Below, in pieces: positions 38,269 to 47,911 of a DNA stretch of 64,000 bases. Numbering within the stretch: position 1 is the first letter of the stretch; each line of letters opens with the position of its first letter. The translations under genes were made by a program, and so were the position numbers. Below the pieces are notes generated by a model. That model worked only from the letters and a program-made list of their open reading frames with translations, was not told the origin of the DNA and did no database searches. Source of the DNA: an uncultured delta proteobacterium (GTDB lineage: Bacteria > Desulfobacterota > Binatia > UBA9968); contig CAVTUQ010000004.1 in assembly GCA_963737905.1 (NCBI GenBank), positions 142,270 through 206,269 on the forward strand, in the 5' to 3' direction.

Positions 38269-39027
38269 ATGAGAGAGTCGCTACTCAAAATGACCCAGCC
38301 TGAGGCTGAAGCGATTTTAAAACGCAGCGGCCTCGCCATTCTTCCGATGGGGAGCGTGGAGCAACATGGCCCTCACCTTCCCTGCGGCACAGACTATCTC
38401 GCTTCACTGGTGATCGGCCAACAGGTCGCTGACAAAGTCGACGCTCTCCTGGTTCCGTTCTGTCCCATCGGCGTAACCCCTTTTCACATGTCCTTTGCCG
38501 GCACTTTGACATTACAGCCGCAAACTTTCATCGCCGTGGTCGAGGATATCTGCGCCAGCCTGGCGCAGCACGGTGCCAAGCGGGTGGTTTTTCTCAACTG
38601 GCATGAGGGAAACACCGCCTCGATGAATCTCGCCGGCGTATCGGTCCAGCAACGCTACGGACTGCGTGTGCTCGTTGTGCAGGCGTGCTACATCGCTTTT
38701 GAGCTTTTCGGCAAAGAGTGCGGTCTCACCCACGGCGGGGAGCTCGAGGTATTGCCGGTGCTCGCCTATGATCCATCTCTGGTTCACCTGGAGCGGGCCA
38801 CCAATTCCTCCTCAGCCGAGCATGCGCGAAAAATCGATGCTCTCAGACGCGGGCGAGCGGGTTATCCTTTTTTAAAAGACATTAGAGAAATCGCTCCGAC
38901 CGGCTGGTATGGCGAGCCGCAAAAGGCGACCCGGGAAAAAGCCATAGAATTTTTAGAAGGTGTCGCCAGCGCAGCCGCAGATTACATCGAGAAAACTTTC
39001 AAGGAGTTGAGTGAATATGGCAAATGA
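38269..39027 (+). CDS. Creatininase-family amidohydrolase
   Basis: GSVEQHGPHLPCGTD, NWHEGN and HGGELE motifs. Confidence 0.88.
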   Translation: MRESLLKMTQPEAEAILKRSGLAILPMGSVEQHGPHLPCGTDYLASLVIGQQVADKVDALLVPFCPIGVTPFHMSFAGTLTLQPQTFIAVVEDICASLAQHGAKRVVFLNWHEGNTASMNLAGVSVQQRYGLRVLVVQACYIAFELFGKECGLTHGGELEVLPVLAYDPSLVHLERATNSSSAEHARKIDALRRGRAGYPFLKDIREIAPTGWYGEPQKATREKAIEFLEGVASAAADYIEKTFKELSEYGK

Positions 39028-40057
39028 CCCGGTGCGAGTAGCGGCCGTAGGACTTGGACGTTGGGCGAAGGTTCTTGCCGATGCAATCAAACGAAGCGAT
39101 CGGCTCCGTCTCGTCAACTGCTTCAGCCGCTCGGAAAAGAGCCGTGAAACATTTGCCCAACAATACGGCTGCCGAAGGGCCAAGAATTACGAAGAACTGC
39201 TTGATGACACCGAGGTCGAGGGACTCATTATCACCACGCCCAACGACGCCCATGCTGAGCCGATCATTCAAGCGGCTGAGAAAGGAAAAGACGTCTATGT
39301 GGACAAGCCGCTTGCCCACCGATTGGCGGATGCCGTCGCTATTGACCGTGCCTGCCGGAAGGCGGGCGTCATCTTGTCGGTGGGCCACAGCGCGCGCCGA
39401 CTAAAAGGCAGCCGCAAAATTAAAGAGATCATCGATCGGGGCGGCATCGGCAAGCTCGTGATGGCTGAATGCAATTTTTCCAATGATCGAAGCTTGGAGT
39501 TGACTCCTGACAAATGGCGCTGGTACAGAGACAGGAACCCGGGTGGCCCGCTGATCCAGCTCGCAGTGCACCATACCGATACGCTGCATTACTTGTTTGG
39601 TCCGGCAAAGAGCGTAACGTGTATGGCTAAAAGACTCTACACGCCGGCAGAGAGCGAAGATGTGACTATGACCATTGTCGAGATGGAGAGCGGGCAACTC
39701 TGCTACATCGGTTCAAATTGGGCTTCACAGGGAACCTTCTTCACCCACGTTTATGGAATGGATGCCAATCTCTACTTCACGGTGGATTTTAACTTCTGGA
39801 GCAGCTCCGACGTGGTCGATCGGCACAGCCAGCTGGAAATTCAACACCGCGGCTCCTCGGAGCACAAGCCCATTGCTCTCGAAATCGGGGATATGTTCCG
39901 CGAGCAGCTGGAAGAATTCGGCAATTGTATCCGCGATCGAAAGCAACCTGAGGTCGGCGGTCCGGAGGCGATCGCCGCTCTCGCCGTGATCGATGCAGCG
40001 CTGCGCTCCGCCGAAAGCGGCCACACAGTGGCGATCAAGGAAGTAATGGAGGGTTAG
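39017..40057 (+). CDS. Gfo/Idh/MocA family oxidoreductase
   Basis: VGLGRWA, ITTPNDAH, DKPLA and GGPLIQLAVH motifs. Confidence 0.88.
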   Translation: MANDPVRVAAVGLGRWAKVLADAIKRSDRLRLVNCFSRSEKSRETFAQQYGCRRAKNYEELLDDTEVEGLIITTPNDAHAEPIIQAAEKGKDVYVDKPLAHRLADAVAIDRACRKAGVILSVGHSARRLKGSRKIKEIIDRGGIGKLVMAECNFSNDRSLELTPDKWRWYRDRNPGGPLIQLAVHHTDTLHYLFGPAKSVTCMAKRLYTPAESEDVTMTIVEMESGQLCYIGSNWASQGTFFTHVYGMDANLYFTVDFNFWSSSDVVDRHSQLEIQHRGSSEHKPIALEIGDMFREQLEEFGNCIRDRKQPEVGGPEAIAALAVIDAALRSAESGHTVAIKEVMEG

Positions 40058-40449
40058 TGACAATTCGCAAGATTAACACGCGCGCGGTCGCGCCCAAAAA
40101 GCTACCAAGCCGCTTTTTCCGCGAGCTGGTCTCGCACAAAGTCCTAAAGTCGAAAGGTATAGCGCTCCGCTTCGTGGAACTGTTGCCGCTTCGAGACGCG
40201 GGACCTCGCCACCCTCATAGCCATCGAGGCATGGAAGAAGTGATATTCGTGCAACAGGGCAATGGCAAGGCCTGGGTCAACGGAGAAGTTGAGAAAATCG
40301 TGAAGGGTGACACCATTCTTATTCCCGCCGGCACGCGCCACATGATGATCAATACCGGTCGCAAACCCATGATCTTGATCTGCGCATTTTCCGCCGCCGA
40401 TCCCGAAAACCGCTATAAAGAGCACCCCGAGGTAAGCTATTCGGGGTAG
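40057..40449 (+). CDS. Cupin domain protein
   Basis: HPHSHRGMEEV and GDTILIPAGTRH motifs. Confidence 0.85.
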   Translation: MTIRKINTRAVAPKKLPSRFFRELVSHKVLKSKGIALRFVELLPLRDAGPRHPHSHRGMEEVIFVQQGNGKAWVNGEVEKIVKGDTILIPAGTRHMMINTGRKPMILICAFSAADPENRYKEHPEVSYSG

Positions 40450-40464
40450 ATCGCCGAGATTGGT

Positions 40465-41343
40465 ATGGCAAACATTGGCTTTATTGGTCTAGGGATTATG
40501 GGAAGCGGAATGGTGAAACGGTTGCTATCCGCAGGCCATGGGGTAACAGGCTACAATCGTACCCGAGCGAAAGCTCAGCCGCTCATCGAACGCGGCATGA
40601 AATTCGCGGAGACGCCGCGTGCCGCGGCCCAAGCCGGGGATTTCATATTTACGATGGTGACCAACACCGAGGCATTGCACGCAGTCACGGGCGGCCCGGA
40701 CGGTATCCTGGCAGGCTTGTCTGCCGGCAAGGTCTTTATAGACATGAGCACCGTGAGTCCTGCCGCGAGCCGCAATCTAGCGAAACAGGTGGAGGCCCTG
40801 AGAGCCCAGATGCTGGACGCGCCGGTATCCGGCAGCGCGATTACACTCGAGGAAGGCAAACTCTCTTTCATGGTTGGCGGTAGCCGTGAAACGTTTGAGA
40901 AAGTGCAGCCGATTCTCCAAGCGATCGGGCCGAAGGCGACGCATGTTGGCGCCAACGGCCTCGCCGCGGCAATGAAAGTCGCTACCAATTTGAGTCTCGC
41001 TGTGCAGATGCTCGCGTTTAGTGAAGGCGTATTGCTCGCTGAAAAGAGCGGTATAGCGCGCGCGACCGCCGTCGAAGTTCTCTTCAATAGTGTAATCGCT
41101 TCGCCGATGGTGAAATATCGCGGTCCGTTTGTGCTCAACATGCCGGACGAAGCTTTGTTCGATGTCAACATGATGCAAAAAGATCTGCTGCTGGCCTTGG
41201 AAATGGGCCGCCAGCTCGATGTCCCGCTGCCGACCACGGCGATCACCAACGAACTGCTCACCGCGGCGCGGGGGATGGGGCTTTCGAACAAAGACTTTGC
41301 GATATTATTTGAAGTGCTCGCGAGGATGGCGGGAAAAAAATAG
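40465..41343 (+). CDS. Beta-hydroxyacid dehydrogenase (3-hydroxyisobutyrate dehydrogenase family)
   Basis: GFIGLGIMG, DMSTVSP, DAPVSGS and MKVATN motifs. Confidence 0.9.
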   Translation: MANIGFIGLGIMGSGMVKRLLSAGHGVTGYNRTRAKAQPLIERGMKFAETPRAAAQAGDFIFTMVTNTEALHAVTGGPDGILAGLSAGKVFIDMSTVSPAASRNLAKQVEALRAQMLDAPVSGSAITLEEGKLSFMVGGSRETFEKVQPILQAIGPKATHVGANGLAAAMKVATNLSLAVQMLAFSEGVLLAEKSGIARATAVEVLFNSVIASPMVKYRGPFVLNMPDEALFDVNMMQKDLLLALEMGRQLDVPLPTTAITNELLTAARGMGLSNKDFAILFEVLARMAGKK

Positions 41344-41430
41344 AGTTTCGAGTTTCGCGTCTCGGGTCTCGAGTTAGAAAACCCATCTCTGCGGTGATAA
41401 CGCGGAACTCAAAACTCTAGACTCGAAACT
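41344..41430. repeat. Inverted pair of heptamer arrays, (AGTTTCG)n ... (AACTCGA)n
   Basis: AGTTTCG AGTTTCG CGTCTCG GGTCTCG AGTT / AACGCGG AACTCAA AACTCTA GACTCGA AACT. Confidence 0.75.
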
Positions 41431-41442
41431 GGCGCAATAACG

Positions 41443-42453
41443 ATGACACAATCAAAAAAACCCGGAAGAAAACAGCAATCGTCCGCTTCTTCACTCGACA
41501 GAGAGCGGTTATTGCGTTTCTACCGGCAGATGTTGAAGATCCGCTTGTTTGAAGAGCAGGTCAATCAGCTCTATCTCAGCGCCAAGATGCCGGGCCTCGC
41601 TCATCTCTACATTGGGCAGGAAGCAGTTGCCGTGGGTGTCTGTGAGGCGCTACGGCGTGATGACTACATTACCAGTACTCACCGCGGGCACGGTCACTGC
41701 CTCGCCAAGGGCGCATCGGTCGACAAGATGTTCGCCGAGCTTTTGGGCAAGGTGTCGGGCTACTGCCGCGGCAAAGGCGGCTCGATGCACATCGCCGATC
41801 AGGATACCGGAAACCTGGGAGCAAACGCTATCGTCGGCGGCAGCGCAGGAATTGCCACTGGCGCGGCTATGTCGGCGAAGATGCGCGGCAGCGATCAAGT
41901 AGCGGTCTGCTTTTTCGGCGAGGGCGCGCTGGGGCAAGGGCTGCTTTACGAAGTGATGAACATGGCTTCCCTCTGGACGCTGCCGGTTATTTACGTCTGC
42001 GAGAACAACCAGTACAACGAGTACACGAGCTACCGTGAAACCACGGCAGGGGAGGTGGCAGGCCGTGCTGAAGCTTTTGGGATCCATACCGAAACCATCG
42101 ACGGCCAAGATATCCAGCTCGTTTATGCGACGAGTCTTACATTAGTCGAACGGGCTCGCCGCGGTGAAGGGCCTGCTTTTCTGCAATGCAACACCTACCG
42201 TTTCCACGGCCATCACGTGGGCGACATCGACCGTTCCTATTACCGTCCCAAGGCTGAAGAAGAACAGTGGAAGGGCAAGCGCGATCCGTTGAAACTGTTC
42301 GCCGAATGGTTGCAAAAGAGCGAAATGGCGGACGGCAAGCTGCTTAATCAAATCGAAAATGAAATCGCCACGGAAGTCAAAGAGGCGGTGACCTTCGCCC
42401 TCAACGCGCCTTATCCTGAGCCGAGCGAAGTCAATCAACATGTGTATGCCTAA
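41443..42453 (+). CDS. TPP-dependent dehydrogenase E1 alpha subunit (acetoin/pyruvate type)
   Basis: HLYIGQEA, STHRGHGH, GKGGSMH, GEGA..ENN and TYRFHGH motifs. Confidence 0.92.
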   Translation: MTQSKKPGRKQQSSASSLDRERLLRFYRQMLKIRLFEEQVNQLYLSAKMPGLAHLYIGQEAVAVGVCEALRRDDYITSTHRGHGHCLAKGASVDKMFAELLGKVSGYCRGKGGSMHIADQDTGNLGANAIVGGSAGIATGAAMSAKMRGSDQVAVCFFGEGALGQGLLYEVMNMASLWTLPVIYVCENNQYNEYTSYRETTAGEVAGRAEAFGIHTETIDGQDIQLVYATSLTLVERARRGEGPAFLQCNTYRFHGHHVGDIDRSYYRPKAEEEQWKGKRDPLKLFAEWLQKSEMADGKLLNQIENEIATEVKEAVTFALNAPYPEPSEVNQHVYA

Positions 42454-42456
42454 TCT

Positions 42457-42513
42457 ATTTTCGATTTTAGGTCTTGGATTGTAATCGAAAATCGGAAATC
42501 TAAAATCCAAAAT
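42457..42513. repeat. Inverted pair of heptamer arrays, (ATTTTNG)n / (AATCNAA)n
   Basis: ATTTTCG ATTTTAG GTCTTGG ATT GT AATCGAA AATCGGA AATCTAA AATCCAA AAT. Confidence 0.75.
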
Positions 42514-42543
42514 GAGTGCGTCAACTGCTGACAGCGAGCAATC

Positions 42544-43567
42544 ATGGCGGCAAAACCCCACGACATAACCATTACCAAAGCGCCCGTCCGTGAGATCACC
42601 TTTGCCCAAGCCATCAACGAAGCGTTGGCCGAAGAAATGCGCCGTGACCCTACGGTCTTCATCATCGGCGAAGACGTTGCCGAAGCGGGGACGCCGTTCA
42701 AAGTCCTTTCAGGGCTGGCGAAAGAATTTGGCACCAAGCGTGTGATCGACTCGCCGATCTCCGAGGCCGGTATTACCGGCATTGGCGTCGGCGCTGCGAT
42801 GACCGGGATGCGCCCGGTGGTGGATATCATGTTCGGCGACTTCATCACTCTCACGATGGACCAACTGGTCAATCAAGCAGCCAAGATTCATTACATGTCC
42901 GGTGGCAAACTCAAGGTTCCGATGGTCCTGCGCACGACCCTCGGTGCCACGCGCCGCTCCGCTGCCCAGCATAGCCAAAGTTTGCATGCTTGGCTGAGCC
43001 ATGCTCCGGGATTGAAAGTCGTCGTCCCTTCCACCCCCTTTGATGCCAAGGGACTGCTCAAAAGCGCTATTCGTGACGACAATCCCGTGGTCTTTTTCGA
43101 AGACAAAATGATGTACCAGTTAAAGGGACCCGTTCCTACCGAGGAATACACGATTCCGCTCGGGGTCGCCGATGTGAAGCGCGCCGGCACGGATATTACC
43201 CTCGTCGCTACCAGCAGCATGGTTCACGTCGCTCTCGCTGCAACGGAAATTTTAGAAAAGAGCGGTATCAACGCCGAAGTAATCGATATTAGAACGACTT
43301 TACCGCTCGACAAAGAAACGATTGTTGAATCCGCGAAGAAAACCAGCCGGGCGATTGTCATCGACGAAGGCTACGAACGCTACGGCGTGACGGCAGAGAT
43401 CGCCTCGGTCATTGCCGACGGTGCCTTCTATTATCTCGATGCGCCGGTGAAACGGATGGGCGCGATGGACGTGCCCGTGCCGTTTTCACCGGTCCTCGAG
43501 GATCAAACCGTGCCAACGCCGGAAGCGGTAGCCGCAGATGGCGAGAACGCTATGCGGAAAAACATGA
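42544..43567 (+). CDS. TPP-dependent dehydrogenase E1 beta subunit; indel near the C-terminus
   Basis: IGEDVA, DSPISEAG, AAQHSQ and DDNPVVFFE motifs. The likely true end is ..MARTLCGKT* at 43565-43567. Confidence 0.9.
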
Positions 43568-43568
43568 C

Positions 43569-43642
43569 GTTCAAGCCGTTCAAAGTTCAACGTTCAACCC
43601 GTTAAATTCCTCTGACGACGTTGAACTTTGAACGGCTTGAAC
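43569..43642. repeat. Perfect 25-bp inverted repeat built from GTTCAA units
   Basis: GTTCAAGCCGTTCAAAGTTCAACGT (43569-43593) and ACGTTGAACTTTGAACGGCTTGAAC (43618-43642). Confidence 0.85.
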
Positions 43643-43663
43643 CATGGAAAGGGAGGTGGTGCT

Positions 43664-44984
43664 ATGGGGCTTAAGACTTTCGGCCTGATGGGAGTCGATT
43701 GGGAAGAGCGCGTCGATCTGGAGCGCCTCCGGCGTGAACGTCTGGCGCGCATCAAACGCGCTCTGAAGGCCTCGGAGATGGGCGCGCTCTTATGTTTCGA
43801 CATGAACAACATCCGCTACATCACCGCCACCCATATCGGCACCTGGGCCATGGACAAACTGGTGCGCTTCTCGCTTTTACCGCAGGACGACGAGCCGATC
43901 CTGTGGGATTTTGGCTCGGCGGCGCGTCACCATCAAATCTATTGCCCTTGGCTCGGCAGAGCGCTCCCGCGCCGGCATCTCCACGTTGCGCGGTGCAACC
44001 AATCCTTCCTCGGGATTGGCCGAGGACGTGGCAAAAAAAATCAAGACCGAACTTGAGATGCGCAAGCTCGACAAGGAACCGCTCGGGGTCGATGTGATCG
44101 AACTACCCGTGCTGTTTGCCTTGCAAGCGCAAGGCATCAAGGTCGTCGACGGCCAGCAGCTCATGCATCACGTGCGAAAGATCAAGACCCAGGACGAAAT
44201 CACCCTGCTCAATACCGCGTGTATGATGGTCGATTCCGCATACGATGAGCTTTACCGCTTTATGAGACCGGGCAGTTCGGGAGAACGAATGCGTCGGAGT
44301 CGTGAGCAAAGTGCTCTACGATCTCGGCTCCGAGCATGTGGAAGGGAGTCAACGCCATCTCCGGCGAGCGCTGCAGTCCCCATCCGCATGTTTATACCGA
44401 CCGCGTGTTGCGGCCCGGTGATCCGGCCTTTTTCGATATCCTGCACAGCTACAACGGTTATCGCACTTGCTATTACCGAACTTTCGCTATCGGCAGCGCG
44501 TCGCCGGCCATGGTCGACGCCTACAAGCGCAGCCGTGACTACATGGACGCGGCGATCAGCATCGTCAAGCCGGGCATTACGACGGCCGATGTCGTGAAGC
44601 TCTGGCCCAAGGCCGAAGAATTCGGCTTCGCCAACGAAGAAGCAGCCTTTGCGCTACAATATGGTCATGGCGTCGGCTTGTCGATCTGGGAGAAACCGAT
44701 CTTCAGTCGCTTGGTTTCACTTGACAATCCTGAAGTCATCGAAGAGGGCATGGTCTTCGCCTTAGAGACTTACTGGCCGGCTTCAGATGGCTGGTCTGCC
44801 GCTCGGCTCGAAGAGGAAGTCGTCGTAACTAAAGATGGCTGCGAAGTCATCACGCGTTTTCCCTCTGAGAAACTCTTGGTGGCCGGGTACACACTACTTC
44901 ACCGCCGGCGGTCCATTGCCCACCACAAGGGAAACGCAGTCAAATTTAAACAACCCTGGATCGCTGGAACGAGTAAAACGTTAG
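43664..44984 (+). CDS. M24 (Xaa-Pro peptidase/creatinase) family hydrolase; several indels
   Basis: VDWEERVDLERLRRERL, NIRYIT, RKIKTQDEI, YGHGVG, FALETY and RLEEEV spread across three frames. Confidence 0.8.
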
Positions 44985-45016
44985 GCAATAGGCACGAAAA
45001 CCGTAGGCAAGCGGTG

Positions 45017-45036
45017 GGGCGACTGGCCGGTCGCCC
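45017..45036. repeat. REP-like palindrome GGGCGAC-TGGCCG-GTCGCCC
   Basis: 7-bp inverted repeat in the intergenic space. Confidence 0.55.
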
Positions 45037-45090
45037 GTAACAAATTGCGCCTTCCGCTTAAAGATTTTCCGTGATAAGCAACCAACGATT

Positions 45091-46353
45091 ATGGCAACCG
45101 ACGTAATTATGCCTGCGCTGGGAGTCGCGCAGGAAAAGGGAACGTTGCTTAATTGGCGCAAGGCCGAAGGCCAATCGGTCACCAAGGGCGAGCCACTGAT
45201 GGAGATCGAAACCGATAAAGCCACGGTGGAGATCGAAGCGCCCGCTTCCGGGAATTTTGACAAATGTCAGTGCTTCCGCTGGAGATGAAATTCCGGTCGG
45301 AAATAAAATCGCGGTCATCCTTGCGCCTGGCGAAGTGGTATCTCCGGCCGCGCTTCAGGATCCTCGCCCCCGGATCTCGTCCGGGCGGGCTCTCGCCCTG
45401 AACCCTCAACCCACAATTCACAGAACAAACCGGGAGCGGAACCAAATCCCCCTATTTCCCCCTTTACTAAAGGGGGATCAAAGGGGGATTTCCACGCCTC
45501 CGAAACTTCACCTCTTACTAGTACGCGTATACTTGCGTCTCCGGCAGCAAAGAGAATCGCTAAAGAGAGAGGCGTCGACATCGTATCCCTCAAAGGCACC
45601 GGACCGGACGGAGCCGTTTTAGCCGAAGATGTGCTCCGGTCCACGATCAGCAAAACTGTCGCCCCAGAAGGGCCGCCTAAAGTCAAAGAAATAGTCCAAC
45701 TCACTGCGATGCGCCGCATCGTCGGCCAACGGATGACGCAGAGCAAACAGAACGCCCCGCATTTTTATATCAGCATGGACATCGATATGACGGCAGCGAG
45801 TAAGCTCAGGAACGAATGGAAGGAGCGCGGCGACAGCGGGATCCCTTCGATCAACGATTTCATAATCCAAGCGTGCGCCCGCGCGCTGAAGGATTTTCCG
45901 TCGCTTAACTCTAGCTTCACTGACCAAGGGATCCGACAGCACGCGGACATAAATATTGGTGTTGCCGTGGCCCTTGAAGAGGGACTCGTGGTTCCGGTGA
46001 TTCGCAACGCGGACCAGCTTACCTTACGCGAGTTGGCAGAGCACGGCCGGCAGTTGGCCGATAAAGCGCAAAACAAGAAGCTTTTCCCGCTCGATTACGA
46101 AGGCGGGACCTTCACGGTGTCCAATCTCGGCATGCTCGGCGTCGATAGTTTTATCGCGATTATCAATCCGCCGCAGTGCGCCATTTTGGCAGTTGGACGG
46201 GTCGCTCCGCGCGTGGTCGCCGACGAAGGCATGTTTGCGATTCGCTCGCTGATGACCGCGACTTTGTCCGCCGACCACCGGGTCGTCGACGGTGCCATCG
46301 CCGCTCGCTTCCTTGGGGAGGTAAAACAATCGCTGGAACATCCTAAGTTCTAA
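45091..46353 (+). CDS. Dihydrolipoamide acyltransferase E2; two compensating indels
   Basis: Lipoyl motif EIETDKATVE, PSBD ILASPAAKRIA..GTGPDG and catalytic TVSNLG and DHRVVDG. Confidence 0.88.
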
Positions 46354-46360
46354 CTGCTCC

Positions 46361-47146
46361 ATGGGCAATATCGTTATCCGAAATCTCACCAAGACCTACA
46401 GCGGCGGCGGAGTCGTGGCATTGCAAGACGTCAACTTCGAAGTGACCTCCTACGAAAGCCTTTGTGTCCTAGGCCCAAGCGGATGCGGTAAAACGACGCT
46501 TCTTCGAATCATCGATTGCTTAATCCCGTGCGACCAGGGCGAGATTCTCATCGACGGCGCGCCGGTTACTTGCCCGCGCTCCGATATCGCCATGGTGTTC
46601 CAACATTTTGGCCTTTTCCCTTGGAAAAGACTGGACGAAAACATCGCGTACGGGCTGGAATTAAGGGGGAAGTCGCGACATGAAATTAAGGCAACCGTTG
46701 AGCGCTACGTAGAACTTATCGGACTTGACGGATTTGAGAAATCGTATCCGCACCAACTCTCCGGCGGTATGCAGCAGCGAGCCGGCCTCGCGCGAGCCAT
46801 GGCCATCAACCCTTCTGTACTCCTCATGGACGAACCCTTCGGCGCTCTGGATGCTCAGACAAGGGAGATGATGCAGGAAGAGCTGTTGCGGATCTTGGAG
46901 AGCGAGCAAAAAACCATGATCTTCGTAACCCATAGCATTGACGAAGCCATCCTGTTAGGCGATCGCATTGTGATCATGTCCCGCCGTCCCGGGCGTATCC
47001 GGGAAATCCTATCGGTCGATATCCCGCGGCCAAGAAAGATTCTCTCCGTGCGTTCCCACCCGCGCTATATCGACCTCAGGAACTTGATCTGGGAAATGCT
47101 CAAGCAGGACCTGGACCCGGCCAGTTCCGCCAGGAGCAATTCATGA
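46361..47146 (+). CDS. NitT/TauT-family ABC ATP-binding protein
   Basis: GPSGCGKTT, LSGGMQQR, MDEPFGALD and VTHSIDEA motifs. Confidence 0.92.
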   Translation: MGNIVIRNLTKTYSGGGVVALQDVNFEVTSYESLCVLGPSGCGKTTLLRIIDCLIPCDQGEILIDGAPVTCPRSDIAMVFQHFGLFPWKRLDENIAYGLELRGKSRHEIKATVERYVELIGLDGFEKSYPHQLSGGMQQRAGLARAMAINPSVLLMDEPFGALDAQTREMMQEELLRILESEQKTMIFVTHSIDEAILLGDRIVIMSRRPGRIREILSVDIPRPRKILSVRSHPRYIDLRNLIWEMLKQDLDPASSARSNS

Positions 47147-47898
47147 GCCGACATGTTCGAGTGCGTCTATTTTCGCTCTTCGCTTTTTTAGTTCTCTGGG
47201 AATTCGTCGGCAGGCGGGTAAATCCAATCCTCTTCACGTACCCCACCGCGATCGTTCGTGCCTTCGGTGAACTCGTCGTTTCTGGCGAGTTGCAGAGTTA
47301 TATGAAAGAGAGCCTCCTGGTCTTGCTCTATGCCTCCATTCTTTCGGTCATCGTGGGAGTGATCTTCGGCGTGGTGATGGGGCGCTTTGCCATCGTGGAA
47401 TGGGCGACGGATATATACGTGAGCGCACTTTATTCCATGCCGATGGTCGCGATGGTGCCGCTGATCGTTCTCTGGTTCGGCTTCAGGGTTCCGGCAAAGG
47501 TGACTATTGTCTTCCTCTTCATGGTCTTTCCTATATTGCTTAATACCTACCAAGGCGTCAAAGATGTCGACCGCAATCTCCAGGAAGTCGCCCGCTCTTT
47601 TTGCTCCTCCGAAGGTCAGCTCTGGCGTCACTTGATTATTCCATCGGCGATTCCCTTTATCGTTGTGGGTGTTCGTCTGGCAATCGGCCGCGGCCTGGTG
47701 GGCATGATCGTCGCCGAGTTTTATACGTCCGTAACCGGCTTGGGCTATATGATTGTTCGTTACGCCAACGCCTTCGAGACCGATAAGCTCTTTGTCCCCA
47801 TAGTAGTAGTTATGGTATTAGGGGTGGGGTTGATGTGGCTCGCGAAATGGGTGGAGGGGCGAATCGCCCCGTGGAGAAACTTTGAAGAAAGAGAATAA
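47143..47898 (+). CDS. NitT/TauT-family ABC permease
   Basis: Multiple TM segments; VPLIVLWFG and IVAEF motifs. Confidence 0.9.
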   Translation: MSRHVRVRLFSLFAFLVLWEFVGRRVNPILFTYPTAIVRAFGELVVSGELQSYMKESLLVLLYASILSVIVGVIFGVVMGRFAIVEWATDIYVSALYSMPMVAMVPLIVLWFGFRVPAKVTIVFLFMVFPILLNTYQGVKDVDRNLQEVARSFCSSEGQLWRHLIIPSAIPFIVVGVRLAIGRGLVGMIVAEFYTSVTGLGYMIVRYANAFETDKLFVPIVVVMVLGVGLMWLAKWVEGRIAPWRNFEERE

Positions 47899-47911
47899 GT
47901 AAGGAGGCCCT

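Noticed and set aside
41344-43642. CRISPR array or IS terminal repeats
   Set aside because: Units are about 7 nt with no spacers, and there are no cas genes, transposase or target-site duplications.
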